Part shown: positions 1-13,194 of the stretch, in pieces
Position numbering within the stretch: the stretch's first letter is position 1
Layout: every line of letters begins with the position of its first letter
Origin: Eledone cirrhosa
Lineage: Eukaryota
DNA length: 64,000 bases
Assembly (NCBI GenBank): GCA_964016885.1
Contig: OZ024747.1
Coordinates: forward strand, 28,086,001 to 28,150,000
Direction: 5' to 3'
Notes under the pieces: model-generated
Databases searched by the model: none
The model's input: the letters and a program-made list of their open reading frames with translations, nothing else
Told to the model about the DNA's origin: nothing
Made by a program: the position numbers and the translations under genes

Positions 1-59
1 TCACACTGTGGTAGGTTTTTGAGAAATTGTGGGAGTATTGCCAAGAGGTGGCATACGAC

Positions 60-510
60 TATGTTCCATGGGACATTTTGTGGAAGATTCTGCAGGAGTA
101 TTTGCTGCCCTGAAGTCTAGTATTTGTGTTCAGATAAATAGCGCTAAGTTGAAACTATTCCATGTGGGTGTCGGTCTCTGCCAAGAGTACTTACTGACAC
201 CTCTCCTGTACATAATTTTAATTCACAGAATTGACATGCACAGTCAGGCTGGAAGTGATATCAAACTGACAGATGTAGGATCAGTCAGCTGGAATTTGCA
301 GATATGGTTTTACTTAACTCATCAGAAGGTGATCTTGATGGGTTTGATGCCGAGTGCTGCACAGCTGGAATGAAAATCAGTGTTGCGAAGACTGAGACAC
401 AAGTCCTCTAAAAGAAGTCAGTGCAGTGCACTCTACATATGAGTGGAGTTCCACTGAAGCAGGTGGAGAAGTTCAAGTATCTCAGGGCCATGTTCACAAG
501 TAATGGAAAG
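60..510 (+). mobile_element. Degenerate RTE-clade LINE reverse-transcriptase fragment
   Basis: Translates with disruptions to VGVGLCQEYLLTPLLY (cf. VGLRQGCVLSPLLF), GMKISVAKTE and LKQVEKFKYL, which are typical RTE RT segments. Confidence 0.7.
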
Positions 511-1679
511 CATTACTTTATATAGTACTTTATGTAGTAACTGACTACAATATATAGTACATGGTACATTGCATATATAACTAGTATGGTATATATTTCA
601 CTGGCTTTACTATATATAGTATAAAGTCTGGTGTGTATGTAGCAGTAATTTAAACTGTTGTTCTAATGTTAGCAAAGTAGGTCAGTGTGACCACATATGC
701 TCACCTCTGGGCAACATGTTGCTCATTTTCCTTTGTTTCAAAATTTGGCATCTCCTGGTCTGGAGATGGAAGTGATTTGCAGTTTATCAGAGATTAACTA
801 GCTTCTACACATATTCTGCTCTTGTTTCTCAAAAAGAAGACATCATATGGAGTTGCTCTAGCAAGTAGAGAGATGTAGCACTTAGCCAAATATTGTAGCC
901 CTCTCAACAAGGGCCTGACAGCAATTCTTCCATTGACACTTCAATAACACTCAGTCATCTGCCGCCTCTTCTAGACAACACATTTTCCCTGTCACTGCGC
1001 TTGTATAACACAACCTTACCATAATAGAGTTTACTACTTTCTCTGCTGGTACATACTGTCTGATTACAACTAAGTTATATATGCACAAGTTTGGAGTATG
1101 AATAACATAATTTACAATGTATAGCACCATATATTATACTTTACTAGTACATGACCCACTCACTGTATGTAACACTTGTGTGATCTCTTATTATTACCTT
1201 TGTTCAATAGATGGTATTATTTCTAACAACAAAAGAAGCAAGATAAAATACTTCTGTTCAGAAGACATGACTGCTTTTTTTTTTAAGCCACCAAATAAAT
1301 GCATGCAAGGAATTTTGGTGATCCCTGGAAAGTATATATAACACATTGTGGACAAGCAGGAATGTTGGGGTGTTCTGACATGACATAATTAGTGGGTTCT
1401 CACATGTGTGTGGCTGGGTAACCCTAATTTTTTATGTTTTTGTATCATATCTTGTATTAATTATGATTTTATAATTTTATACTTATTTCATGTTTTAGTC
1501 TTTTGTATAACACTTTTGCCCCTACCCATGTTTTTTTATTTATGTTATATGTATATCTATGATTCAATGTCACATTTACTAACCTTGTCTCTCCTTTTCT
1601 CTGTCTCTCTTTTCTTCCTCGCCTCTGTTTCTCTCCCTCTCCTTCTCTCTGTCTCTCCTCTCCAGAGTTGCAGTCTGTG

Positions 1680-1782
1680 ATGGAAGCCTGTGTGGGTGGT
1701 TTGCTGTTTACCTCCAACTTTGACTCAGGAAACCTTGCTAAGGTAGAGAAAGTGTATAAAGATGATAAAGACTTTTCATCAG
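1680..1782 (+). CDS. AGBL5: Cytosolic carboxypeptidase 5 (tubulin deglutamylase), coding exon 1
   Basis: Polypyrimidine tract and AG at 1664-65, ATG at 1680. Encodes MEACVGGLLFTSNFDSGNLAKVEKV, matching the CCP5 N-terminal FDSGNL motif. Donor GTAAGC at 1783, phase 1. Confidence 0.93.
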
Positions 1783-1836
1783 GTAAGCACGGTTGACCTA
1801 CATACTTACAGTGGCAGTTCATTAAACGTGACCTCT

Positions 1837-1882
<46 letters not shown>

Positions 1883-1939
1883 GAACAAATAAAAGAAAAG
1901 CAAACACAGGGATACAAAAATACAAAGTCTTACTACATA

Positions 1940-1984
<45 letters not shown>

Positions 1985-2184
1985 CAAAGAAAATGTGGGA
2001 AGGGACCAGGTGGACCATAACCCACCAGAGTACTCAATACTTAGGGTAGTAGAGTGGGTAATAGGAAAAGAGTTAGGACCCCGATGGCTGACCTCCGGCT
2101 GTTTTGACAGCAGTTCGGATCTAGCTATTGAAATGGCTGGATCTCAGCCATATATATGTGTGTGTGTATCATCATCATCATCAT

Positions 2185-2518
2185 CATTTCGTTTTAAGTC
2201 CGCTTTTTCCCTGCTTGCAAGGGTAGGACGGGAACTGATTCTGGCTTGATTTCTACAGCTGGATGCCTTTCCTAACACCAACCTCATTTACAGTGAGTGC
2301 TGGGTGATTTTTTGCCGTGGTAGGCACCTCCATGACCACTCTACAGTGGAATGATAGGGACCCCAGTCCCTATCATCTCATTTCTACAGCTGAGTAAACT
2401 GGAGCAATGTGAAATAAAGTGTCTTGCTCAAGGAAACAACACATCACCCAGTCTGAGAATTGAACTCACAACCTTTCGATTGCAAAGCCAATGCTCTAAC
2501 CACTAATCCATGTGCCTC

Positions 2519-2520
<2 letters not shown>
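2185..2520 (-). mobile_element. tRNA-derived SINE family B with RTE-type 3' tail and (GAT)n end; similar copies at ~13440..13770 and ~41160..41482
   Basis: Minus strand head has A-box-like TAGTGGTTAGAGC and B-box GAGTTCAATTC, core CCTTGAGCAAGACACTTTATTTCAC, then GGCATCCAGCTGTAGAAA and CCCTTGCAAGCAGGGAAAAAGCGGAC..GATGATGAT. Three long near-identical copies plus many partial tails are in the window. Confidence 0.8.
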
Positions 2521-2556
<36 letters not shown>

Positions 2557-4375
2557 TCATCTCTGTTTAACACCCATTTTTCCATGCTGGCACGGGTTAA
2601 ACGAATTATCCTGTTGTGAACAATGCCAGGTCAGGTGACTTGCTTGTACAGAACTGATTTGGGCTTGGTTTCTACAGTTTGATGCCCTTCCTATATATGT
2701 AGAGACGCACGCATGCACACACACACACAGACAGTGAAACCTCAGTAAGCCTGACCCATTTAAAAGGGCTCCAATTTATATTAAATTCTTCAAGCATAAT
2801 TTTATATAATATTTCAAGTTACTCTCTTGGTAATTAAATAATTAATCATTTTAGTAAATCCCTCAAAATTCTTCATTAACCTTTTTGATACCAACCAGAC
2901 CAAAGCCAGCTCTAATTCAATGAAACCAAACAATTTTAAAGGGTTCCTATTTAAATTAAAATCCTTCAAGATGAGCTGCCCTGCTGTTTAGACAAGTCAG
3001 ATCAGATGGCCTTGTCTTGCTGATACAAAACTGTTTCTGGCTTGGTTTCTATGGCTGGATGCCCTTTCTAATGCCAATCACATTCATAGCATGGACTGGG
3101 TGCTTTTAATTGCAAGACCCGTTTTGTTGTGTCACCAATACAACCGGCCACTTTACAGTGTAGACTCGATGCTTTTTGTTGTGACATCAACGCAACCACT
3201 TTATGGTGTGAATTGGGTTCTTTTTGTCCAGGCACTGATATGACGACAGTACAGTATGGACTGAGCGCTTTTTGTCATGTCACCTTCACAATCACTTTAC
3301 TGATTGAACTATATGCTTTTGTCGTGACTCCAACACAATCACCTTACAGGGATGTCTTGGGGTTATATGAACCAAATATTAAATTATCTGAGTAATAAAA
3401 TAATTTATAATTTTAGTATCATCATCATCATTTTATGTCCGCTTTTCCCTGCTTCAAAATTCATCATTCATTGAAATAGAGAGTGTATTTCTTTAGAGAT
3501 AGTCATAAAATGGTTAAGCAAGATATGGAATAAACCAGGATGTTTTTTTGGTTTTGTCATATGTTTGCTTTCCATACTGGCATGTCTTGGATGAGCTGTC
3601 ACAGCCTGAAACCAGCTGGATCACAGCAACTTCATTTTGCTTGTTACATTCCATATTTAACATGATTTTTTTACAGAATGTACTGAATGCATTTTTCATG
3701 ACACCTGCACTATAGAGGTTGTCAGTCATTGACTCAACTGAAAAGCCCTCTATACCCTATGGACACAGATGGGAGATATATAATGGGCATGTGCCAAGAG
3801 TGGAGGGATTTGACAGCGGGAATGGGGTTAAATGGGAGGGGGGCCTACAGCAGTTTGGAAAGGTATTGTGTTAATAGCTACTAGGGTGAGATATATATGT
3901 ATGCATGTATATATATATATATAAACACACACATCTAATGGTTTCTTATGAATGAAACAGTTCTAGTCCTGTAGAAGTCATTTGTATATAAAATAAAGGT
4001 ACCTATACTTTACTAACATAATGAATACCTTTTTTTAACTGTAGTCAACTCTTGATACCCATTGGGAATCGACCCATAATTATATATAATAGGATTTGTT
4101 GAAGATTGGCACTTAGTGAGATTTTTATTTTATAATCTGATTTACTAAGTCTTGTTGTAGTTTGGAGGTAACCTTGTAATAGATTTACATTATCAGCAGC
4201 AGCATTGCATAGATTGAACTATTGCCAGTTGTGTCATGTGACTTCAGTTTAGTAAACACAGTCAGACACACACAGACAGACATGGAGACCGACATAAACA
4301 CACAAACAATAGTAATGTTTTACATCCCTATTTTTCATGCCTTTTTATTGATGTGAACTATTTTGTTTTCTTCAG

Positions 4376-4478
4376 TTTCCTATAATACAAGCCGGAACGT
4401 GGAGCTCCAACCTGATTTTGAATATAATGTTTGGACCAAACCAGACTGTTCCAATACCATATATGAGAATGGAAATCG
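4376..4478 (+). CDS. AGBL5: AGBL5 coding exon 2
   Basis: ttcag acceptor; encodes PDFEYNVWTKPDCSNTIYENGNR (conserved in CCP5); donor GTTAGA; phase 1 to 2. Confidence 0.92.
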
Positions 4479-7400
4479 GTTAGATAATTATGGAGTTTAT
4501 CATCATCATTATCATCATAAGTTTGTTTTTCAATGCTTGCATGGGCTAGATGGGTCATTACAAAGGAAGTCAGTATTTAATCAGAGCTAGTGTCCTCCCA
4601 AACAAACCGGGGACTACATCTCATTTACATGTATTCCAGTTTTGGCATAGTTTCTGCGCTGGATGCCCTTCTTATCACCAACCACTTTACAGACTAAATT
4701 GAGGGCATTTTATCGTAACACGAGCACGAGGAGGTGTTGTCATGTCCTTGACACAACTGATGAGTTTTCTTGGTCCTTTGTTTGGTACGGTTTCTATGGT
4801 TGGATGCTCTTCCTATTGCTAATTTATAATATTAAACAATTTTCATGGTTTATTCAACCACGAAAAAAGTTAAACTTGACAGTGGTGTTTACATATATTA
4901 AATAACAGCTATACTCTACTTTCATTAGACTTTCAAGTACAAAGTTGAATAATAGTCTTACTAATCATTTAACTAGTAACATCTTATGTGCAACTTATAA
5001 TAATAATATTAAATCAACATTACACACAGTTTCATTCAGGGGTAAGTTTTCGTCCAATTTTGACTATTTACACTGATCGTGCCAACAATAACATCATCGG
5101 TTTCCTTAAGGGATCAGGCAAGCACTGAAAAAGCCATATATATTTCCCTCATGGAACAGACTCTTGGGGACCATTCCAAAGTTTATCTTCTAACTTCCTC
5201 CCCAAAAAATTAAAAATGGCCAGTTTGAATTTTGATGCAAGTAGCAATAACAACAGGTTGAAATTAGCTGTATGGCTACAGAACACTGCACAGACAAAAA
5301 CAAACACAACACACTGTTGTTATGGCTACAAGACTTAACTGAGACAAAACACAAAAACAACACCCACTACTCTATCACCACCTCTGCCACTCTAGACCCC
5401 CACCCCCACCCCACAAAAAAAGTAAGTGGAGAAACTGTTGCTACTACTACTAGTGTAACAACAACTACAACTTAAAAGCCATCACCACTATTATAACAAA
5501 AGAAAACATTAACAACAAAAACAACATCAATGACAGTAGTAACAAAAGCCAACAACAACATATATATACAGTAGAGGAAACATGTAAACATGAACAATAA
5601 TAATTGTTTCTACTTTTGGTACAAGGCCAGCAATTATTGGGGGAGGGGAAAGTCGATTAAATTGACCCAGTGTGTGACTGGTACTTTATTTTATCGACCC
5701 CATAAGGATGAAAGGCAAAGCTAACCTCTCCAGACTCTGAGTAACTTAACTGGCCCATCCATCCAGTGCCTGATGATGCTGTTAGACAGCATGGACTTGC
5801 TTCTCCAGGTGCTGAGCTGCTGGCCCACTAATGTTTGCTGGTTAAACTTTTGCTCCAATCATTGCCTCATACTCTCTTAGAGCAGTACTATTCACAGTGG
5901 AATTCATCCCAACATGAAGCAGATGCAAGGCATTGCTCCCCAGGGTATGACACCTGTCTCACACAAAACTTTCCCATAGGAGGAATTGAACTCAACATCT
6001 TCACCTAAGGGAGCATGTCGCTGGTTTGAGGATAAATTCCTTCTCTTGCTCCCACCAGCCTCAGGCCCCCAAAAGGGCCATGAGCACCACCTTTTTCTCC
6101 CTAACCAAACAGAAAAAATCTGTATGTATATATGACAAAACTGTATCATAAGAGACAATTAAAAAGGGTTGGTACCAAGAAGAGCATCAGACTGTAAAAC
6201 ATAGCCTTAAAAGGATCCCATGATGTGTATGAAGCTTGTCATAGAGTCTGCATGACTAACACTTGCTTTGGCCTTAAAATGCAAGTTGTTTAGAAGAGTT
6301 ACTCTATATCCTTACATGTCATAACAGATGATTAAAAAGGTTGAAGCCAAGAAGAACATCTGACTAAATCATTGCCTCAAAAAGGACCCCATGATGAGTA
6401 TGGAGTTTTCCATGGGTTCCACAAAGCTAACCTCTGCTTTAGTAAAGAAAATTACCTTAAATTACTCATTGATGTTGTTGTAACTGAATTAATTATTAAT
6501 TCTACATTTGTATTATGTGTCTCTGTCAACAGGCTAATTAATACTAATTAGTATAATTATCTGCTATTTCTTTAAGAGCAACTGATGCAGCATTTATTAG
6601 CAGAATTATTGTGATAACTCGTGGTTATATAAAGTTAATAGAGTTAATAGATAGGTATGAAGTAATACAGGTGTGGTATAGGTTGGTTAAAAGGTAGGTG
6701 TGGTGTTGCAGGGTTAATAGATACAATAGGTGTGAAGTGTTACAGGTGTGATAATGAAGAATGTAGCTGGGGTATTGATAACATTAGCTGATGGGTGTAG
6801 GAGCTGATTGAATGTGCGGTGATGTGTATGGACGAGGATTGGTGACAGTGGAGGTGGTACTTGCGATTGAGAAAGACCTAGGGAGATTTATTATGATGCC
6901 CAGAGAGGAACAGTTACTATGGTGATATGACAGGTCTCAGAGGATCTGTGGAACCTTTGAGCACAGCTCCTTCCAGACCAAACCATTAAAAATATGACAT
7001 TGCATGTGTTGGATGGGTTTCTTTAGCAAAGTATCTTGCCACTTGTTGCAGTCCATCATCATCTTTGTGAGATTAGCTTCCACCACTTCCATATTTCTCT
7101 ACTGCATCTTCGTCCAATTTAGAAATTCTTTAACTAATTGTGATCCCCTATACACAATACATTTCCGAAACAGCACAAATCTTCTTTCCTATACACACTA
7201 TATCTGATTTCTCTTATGCCCTGCTTTTCTCTCAGCTCATCAGCACTCTGCTGTTCATTTGCACTAACATTACACATCCAGTGGAGCATGCTAGCCTCAT
7301 TTCTTTCTAATTTCCACACATCCTCTGCATTCAAAGTCCATGTATCACTTCTTGCAGCATCACATTGTGTACACATGCACTATATAATACTACCACCAAA

Positions 7401-7496
7401 ATCTTAATAATATCAAGATGTTATTGTCATATAGCCATGGAAGGGTTAAAGTTTGACCTTGACTCCCTAGAAAATATTTGTTTTATGAATATTTAA

Positions 7497-7714
7497 CCCT
7501 TTAGCATTTAAACCGGCCGTATCTGGCCAGAATTCTCTCACCTCTTTCTGTTTAAACTGGCTGTAACCAGCCACTCATACTGATGGTAAGGTATTGTTCT
7601 CAAAATAAATATCAAAATCTCATAGATTCGATATTACATGAGATAGATATGTGAGGTAAAGCCTTTACCGTGAAAATATAATAGTAAATACATAGTAATG
7701 TAAATGCTAAATTG
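7497..7714. mobile_element. piggyBac-type MITE (TTAA-flanked), opposite orientation to the 20607 copy
   Basis: TTAA-CCCTTTAGCATTTA ... TAAATGCTAAATTG-TTAA; internal sequence is homologous to 20607..20814 and 52024..52243. Confidence 0.7.
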
Positions 7715-7902
7715 TTAATCGATTTTTGTTTTAACCCTCAAAGAAATTACAATTACAAAGAATCCACAATGTGGTGGTCTTCACATCAAGATGTTAACTA
7801 TGGGAAAAATATTTGATCTACACTTTTTCTTCCTTATACTTAACTGCCCCCATTCCAACACAAAGTGATTATTCATTTTATCTTATATATATTTTATTGT
7901 AG

Positions 7903-8074
7903 ATCCTGGTTCTATTTTGGTGTGGAGGGCGGACTTCCAGGTCAAATTATCAAAATCAACATAATGAACATGAATCGCCAGGGAAAACTGTATAGTCAAG
8001 GATACTGTCCTGTTATATATACAGTACCTGGTAGTCATAAGTGGGAACGTCTTCAAGAGAAGCCAACTTTTGAA
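7903..8074 (+). CDS. AGBL5: AGBL5 coding exon 3
   Basis: tgtag acceptor; encodes [39 protein letters not shown] (CCP N-terminal domain); donor GTAAGA; phase 2 to 0. Confidence 0.95.
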
Positions 8075-8965
8075 GTAAGAAATTACTCGTGTACATTCTT
8101 TTATAATACCTGTGTATACCTGTTTTACAATAAGTACACCATAGCCCTATATGTTTCTAGTTTAGAATAGGCACACCATATCTCTGTATGTATCCTGTTT
8201 AGAATAAGTACACTATATCCTTGTGTGTATTTGATTTGAAATAGGTACACTGTATCCCTGTGTACATCAGATATTGCAGAATCAAGTCAAACTCTTAATA
8301 TAAATATTCTCAACTTAACTTCCACATTGTGTTAATTGCCATATTCTTTCACCTGTACCCACCTGTATATATTTTTTTATATATTTACACTCATCTAGGC
8401 ACAGTTACTCCCACTTATACACCAACCTCACACACACATGTGTGTGTGTGTATAAAGATATATGTTTACATAATAACAATATTACACATTATGTAGGTTA
8501 TCATCTGGTTTCATACCTGAACAGATCATTTTATTGGAAATGATATATCTGTTTGGCATTCTTCAAGCCTTAATGTTTACAAATAGCTCTGCTCTTCTAC
8601 TGATATAGAATTATTTCAACACCTATTGATTATTATGCTATACACACACATCTGGATGGTTAGCAAGCATTGGTGAAACTCAAACACCAGTCAACTGAAA
8701 TATAAATACATTCCTGATGATGATGATTCCAACATTATATATAATAATTTCCATGTATGTTTTTCTTTGTTTACATACATACACATCTATATATGAGGGT
8801 CAGCTGAAAAGCTCCTAGGCTGACCAAGATACTCTCATGGAGTGACCAAATGAGATTTATTTTTCAACATAATCCCTAGAAAGAAACAATGCAGTTAAGA
8901 AGAAGAAGAGTCGAAATTAAGGTTTCGCAGCTCTAACATCACTCCTTCATAATCACCAATCTCTC

Positions 8966-9004
<39 letters not shown>

Positions 9005-9675
9005 GGCCTCCAAATATTTAATCTTATTTAAATTTGTATTTCTTATTCTACAATACTTACAACACTTTTATCATCATCATCATCGTTTAACGTCTATGTT
9101 CCACGCTAGCATGGGTTTAGACGGGAATTGTCCCACTTGAAGCTAGATTGGTTGTCTTGCTCATATAGGACTGTCTGGCAGGTTTTCTATGGCTGGATGC
9201 CCTTCTTAACACCAACCACGTTTACAGTGTGGACTGGGAGGTTTTTACCGTGTTACCTGCATGGCCACATTTCAGCATGGACTGTGTGTTTTCTTTTGTC
9301 TTGACACCTACATGACCTCATTTATTTAGGACTGGATGTTGTGGTGTTAAATATATATATATATATATATATAGTTATATTTGGGGAGGGTCATATTTGC
9401 GTAATATTGCCAGAATTAATAACAGAACACACTCACTGTTTGGTTGGTTTTCGCTTCTCGCTGTCTTTTATATATATATATCTGCGATCTAACTTACTCG
9501 GTCCTCAATGTTGCCATTGACTGACCGGCGGTCAAAAATATAACAATATCTGTTTCGACACACGATTTCATATAAAAAACCTCGCAAAACTAATTCATCG
9601 CCGCTATATATATATATATATATATATATATCAATGATATTAATAAATGGAAACTATATTTATAAAACCATATTT

Positions 9676-9734
9676 ATTCTATTATATATATTTCAAGAGT
9701 ACCAAAACTTTGGTACGCTCTCATCAGATAAAAT
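9676..9734 (-). ncRNA. Type I hammerhead ribozyme (Penelope/retrozyme-like)
   Basis: Minus strand reads AUUUUAU-CUGAUGA-GAGCGUACCAA-AGUU-UUGGUACUCUU-GAAA-UAUAUAUA-AUAGAAU. It has an intact core, a 7-bp stem I, a long stem II and a short palindromic stem III with an AUA cleavage triplet. Confidence 0.7.
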
Positions 9735-9829
9735 ACAAAGTTTGTTTTATAAATATTGACATATCCAGAAATGAGACCTTAACGGTTTTTATTTCACCTG
9801 GATAGTGAAAGGAAAGAAAGAAAAGGGGG

Positions 9830-9981
9830 AAGAGAGGAAAAAACAAATATTTCAAATTATTTTGATGAATGTGCAAATGAGGTTGAGACGTAGGGCTGAA
9901 AAAAAACGTTATTTTTAGATGCTAGGTAGATTTTCGCATATTCATCAAAATAATTTGAAATATTTGTTTTTTCCTCTCTTC
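9830..9981. repeat. Inverted repeat with ~45-bp arms
   Basis: AAGAGAGGAAAAAACAAATATTTCAAATTATTTTGATGAAT ... ATTCATCAAAATAATTTGAAATATTTGTTTTTTCCTCTCTT. Confidence 0.85.
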
Positions 9982-11113
9982 CTCTTTTTCCCTTTTCGAG
10001 TGCTTCAAATCTGTTATAAATATATATATTTGGTGAACCTCAAACACCAGTCAACTGAGATATAGATATGATCCAACATTATATATAATAATTTTCATAT
10101 ATATTTTTCTTTGTTTCCATGGGTTATATATATATATAATATTAATTGTATCAGTGGTTAGTCAACTTTAATCCTGTTACTACCATGGCAACCAGTTTTA
10201 ATAACTTAATTAACAACCACTAATTAAACTGTAACTGTTGTTGTTACTCATGCAGTCTCCAGAAAAGATCTAATCTATCCTTAGCTATGACTAGGCTAAA
10301 AATAAACCGCTGCTTGTCACACAATTACACACACATATTTATGTACACGTACATGCAGACATTTATATATACTTACACATACACAAACACTTCCATCTAC
10401 ATACAGACATGTACACTCGCACATACAAACACACTTATATACACATACAGATATGAGTCCTCACCTATACACAGACACATACACTTACAGAGATAGATAC
10501 AAACACACAGTGGTGTATGTGTGTTTCAAGTAAATATATTAGATGTAGAAACAGGAAAAAGATTGACATCATCACTATCACCATCATCTTCATCACTATC
10601 ATCATCCTCATACTCATCATCATCATCACCACCACTACCATCATCCTCACCACCACTACCATCATCCTCACCACCTCCATCATCATCATAAGTTTATAAA
10701 TAAATGTCTTAGTCAGAGTAGTAAATTCAAACCACAGTACACTAAATAAACTTATTATTATTATTAACCCTTTCATTTGAATACTGCCACCCTATTCCTG
10801 CCCTAATATGTTGTCTGCCTCGTGATACAAACCGACAGGATGGAGAAGACATTTCCCTGAAGGATGGTAAGGGAGATGTGCTGGAATAGCCACTCCACTT
10901 GATGGGGCTCACACTTGCAGGCAGCCAAATCTGTTCCAATAACAGTGAGTAGGGATGTGGTCCAGGGCCCAAGAACGCTAGAAGTCTCCACTGTTTAAGG
11001 CTCAATAATAAGTTTATTTAGTAGACTGTTGTTTGAATTTACTACTGTGACTAAGGTAAGTAATTCTCATATACGATAAGTCTTTTTCATCTTGTTGTTG
11101 TTGTTTCTTCCAG

Positions 11114-11286
11114 ACAATTGATGGCCAGTTTATCCTGTCTTTCTGTCATCGGTTCACTGAAATGAAAGGTGCTACAACATATTTTGCATTTGCATATCCA
11201 CATTCCTATATTGAAAGTCAGAACAACATCAATAAACTGGAAGAAAGATTTAGTTACTGTAAAAATATGTCTTCTGTACAAAACGT
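11114..11286 (+). CDS. AGBL5: AGBL5 coding exon 4 (absent from the ORF track)
   Basis: ttccag acceptor; encodes TIDGQFILSFCHRFTEMKGATTYFAFAYPHSY (conserved FAxxYPxSY motif); donor GTAAGT at 11287; phase 0 to 2. Confidence 0.93.
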
Positions 11287-12145
11287 GTAAGTTATTTCAT
11301 TGCATTTTATTATTGTTATTGTTGTTTTAAATTACCAAATATACTTGTGTATGAGTTATGCCTCCATTTTACATTCATTTACTGTAACAGTAAGCATTTT
11401 AGGGCTAATTGTCCCTGCTAAAACAGAGTTTAGCCTTGTAGGCCCCATGCAAAGCGTCATGCTTATCATAGAGTCCTTCCTGAAGCAATATTTTATGATC
11501 AGATACCCTTATTGGTGCCAAACGTTTTCATCTCCTCTTACGACATGCATGGATAGTGTACCTATTTTAAATTTGATACACACAATAGACTTATCTCTAA
11601 TATGATCTACAAAACCTCAATTATGAATATATGATACACAGTAAATATTACATCTATATGTTTTGAATTGAGGTTTTATAAGTCAATGTAGAAAGGACCC
11701 GTTAACCCTTTTGAGTACCCAACAAATTCCCTGGTATGGGTATCATGATAAAATTCATGCCATACACTCTTTAAAGTGGTTGGCATTAGGAAAACCATCC
11801 AACTATGGAAACCATGCCAAATATGGAATATATGAGCAAGATGAGTCTCTAAACCATCTAGTCTCGTACATGGCAACTTGCCCAACCCTTGCTAGCAAGG
11901 AAAACACATTAAATGATGATAATTATTTCTACATTTGGCACAAGGCCATCAATTATCCCAGTGTATTACTGGTACTTTATTTTATTGACCCCATAAGGAT
12001 GAAAGGCAAAGTTAACCTCGGTGGGATTTGAACTCAGACCGTAAGGTCCGTAACTCTATGCTGCAAAGCATGGCGTCCGACCCTCTACCAATACTGCCCT
12101 ATTACATTGAATGATGATAATGATGATGATGATGATCTCTCTCTC

Positions 12146-12176
<31 letters not shown>

Positions 12177-12190
12177 ATTTCTTATATCAG

Positions 12191-12371
12191 TGCAGAAGAT
12201 ACAGTATACTTCTACCGAGAGCTGCTTTGTTACTCCTTAGAGAAACTGGAAGTGAACTTATTAACTGTATCATCATTCCATAATATCATAGATGAGGAGG
12301 AACCTCACTTTGATCCAAAACTTTTCCCCATTAAAAGTCATCCAAGATGCAAGAAATTCAAAGAGAAAAAA
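12191..12371 (+). CDS. AGBL5: AGBL5 coding exon 5
   Basis: atcag acceptor; encodes EDTVYFYRELLCYSLEKLEVNLLTVSS..LFP..RCKKFKEKK; donor GTAAGT; phase 2 to 0. Confidence 0.94.
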
Positions 12372-12397
12372 GTAAGTATTTATTATTATTATTATTA

Positions 12398-13022
12398 TTT
12401 ATGTCAAACATTTGTTGTCACATGTAGAACGGATCAGGCTATCAGCTGGGTCCATCATGAAGGTCGCCTGCCACCCTCCTTTCGCCAGGAAGGGCAGGCT
12501 GTTTTTATCTGCCTGGTGGCCTTGGTAAAAGGGGCTGTATGGTGGACGTGACTGAAAGGGTTGAAGACAAGCACTTTCTTCTTTGGTGATGCTGTCATTA
12601 ACTTTTTCAGGTTTTACCTGAAAAGAAAAATTAGGGTGGAGGGGGAAGTGCTGTCTTTCAGCCACTTTGTTGAAAGGTGGGTGAGAGAGACAAGAATGGC
12701 CCCTGTGAATGGGCCTGTTCTGCGCATGTGCCTGTAGTATTGTGGGAGGAGAACAGGGAGAGGATGCTTGCCCTAGCGGTCAGAGTGACCTTGGTTTTTT
12801 GTGGGCTTTCTCCATGAGTAACCCTTAGTGATCTCCCTCCTATTGAGGAATTTTCTTTTGTTATAATTTTGTTTGATAAAACTTTTTTCTCCTTGTTTTT
12901 GTTTACACTTCTTTGTTTACACTTTTTGTTTACACTTCTTTGCACGCAGAAACCCACTTTGTACCATCTTGTGCTGTGCTTAATGTTTTCTTTTAGATGA
13001 ACCCTTGTGATTAATAAGAAAT
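12398..13022 (+). mobile_element. 5'-truncated, diverged copy of the Tx1-clade LINE (ORF2 3' end plus 3' UTR)
   Basis: Aligns by eye to ~37390..37980 (e.g. GGGCAGGCTGTTTTTATCTGCCTGGTGGCC; AAACCCTTGTG..TTAATAA). Begins directly after (TAT)n at 12378..12398. Confidence 0.85.
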
Positions 13023-13194
13023 CACCATTAGGCACCATGTTTTGCAGCATAGAGTTATGGCCCTTTACGTCCTGAGTTCAAATCCCGCCGAGGTTAACTT
13101 TGCCTTTCATCCTTATGGGGGTCAATGAAATAAAGTACCAGTAATGCACTGGGTGTGCCAAAAGTAGAAATAATAATTATTATTATTATCATTA

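Noticed and set aside
2455-2520. tRNA-like sequences with A/B boxes (here and at other SINE heads)
   Set aside because: They continue into SINE cores and tails and lack a convincing full cloverleaf, so they are SINE heads, not tRNA genes.
5770-5800. CTGATGA followed by hairpin TGCTGT-TAG-ACAGCA
   Set aside because: No GAAA box or stem I/III follows; at best an unrecoverable hammerhead remnant.
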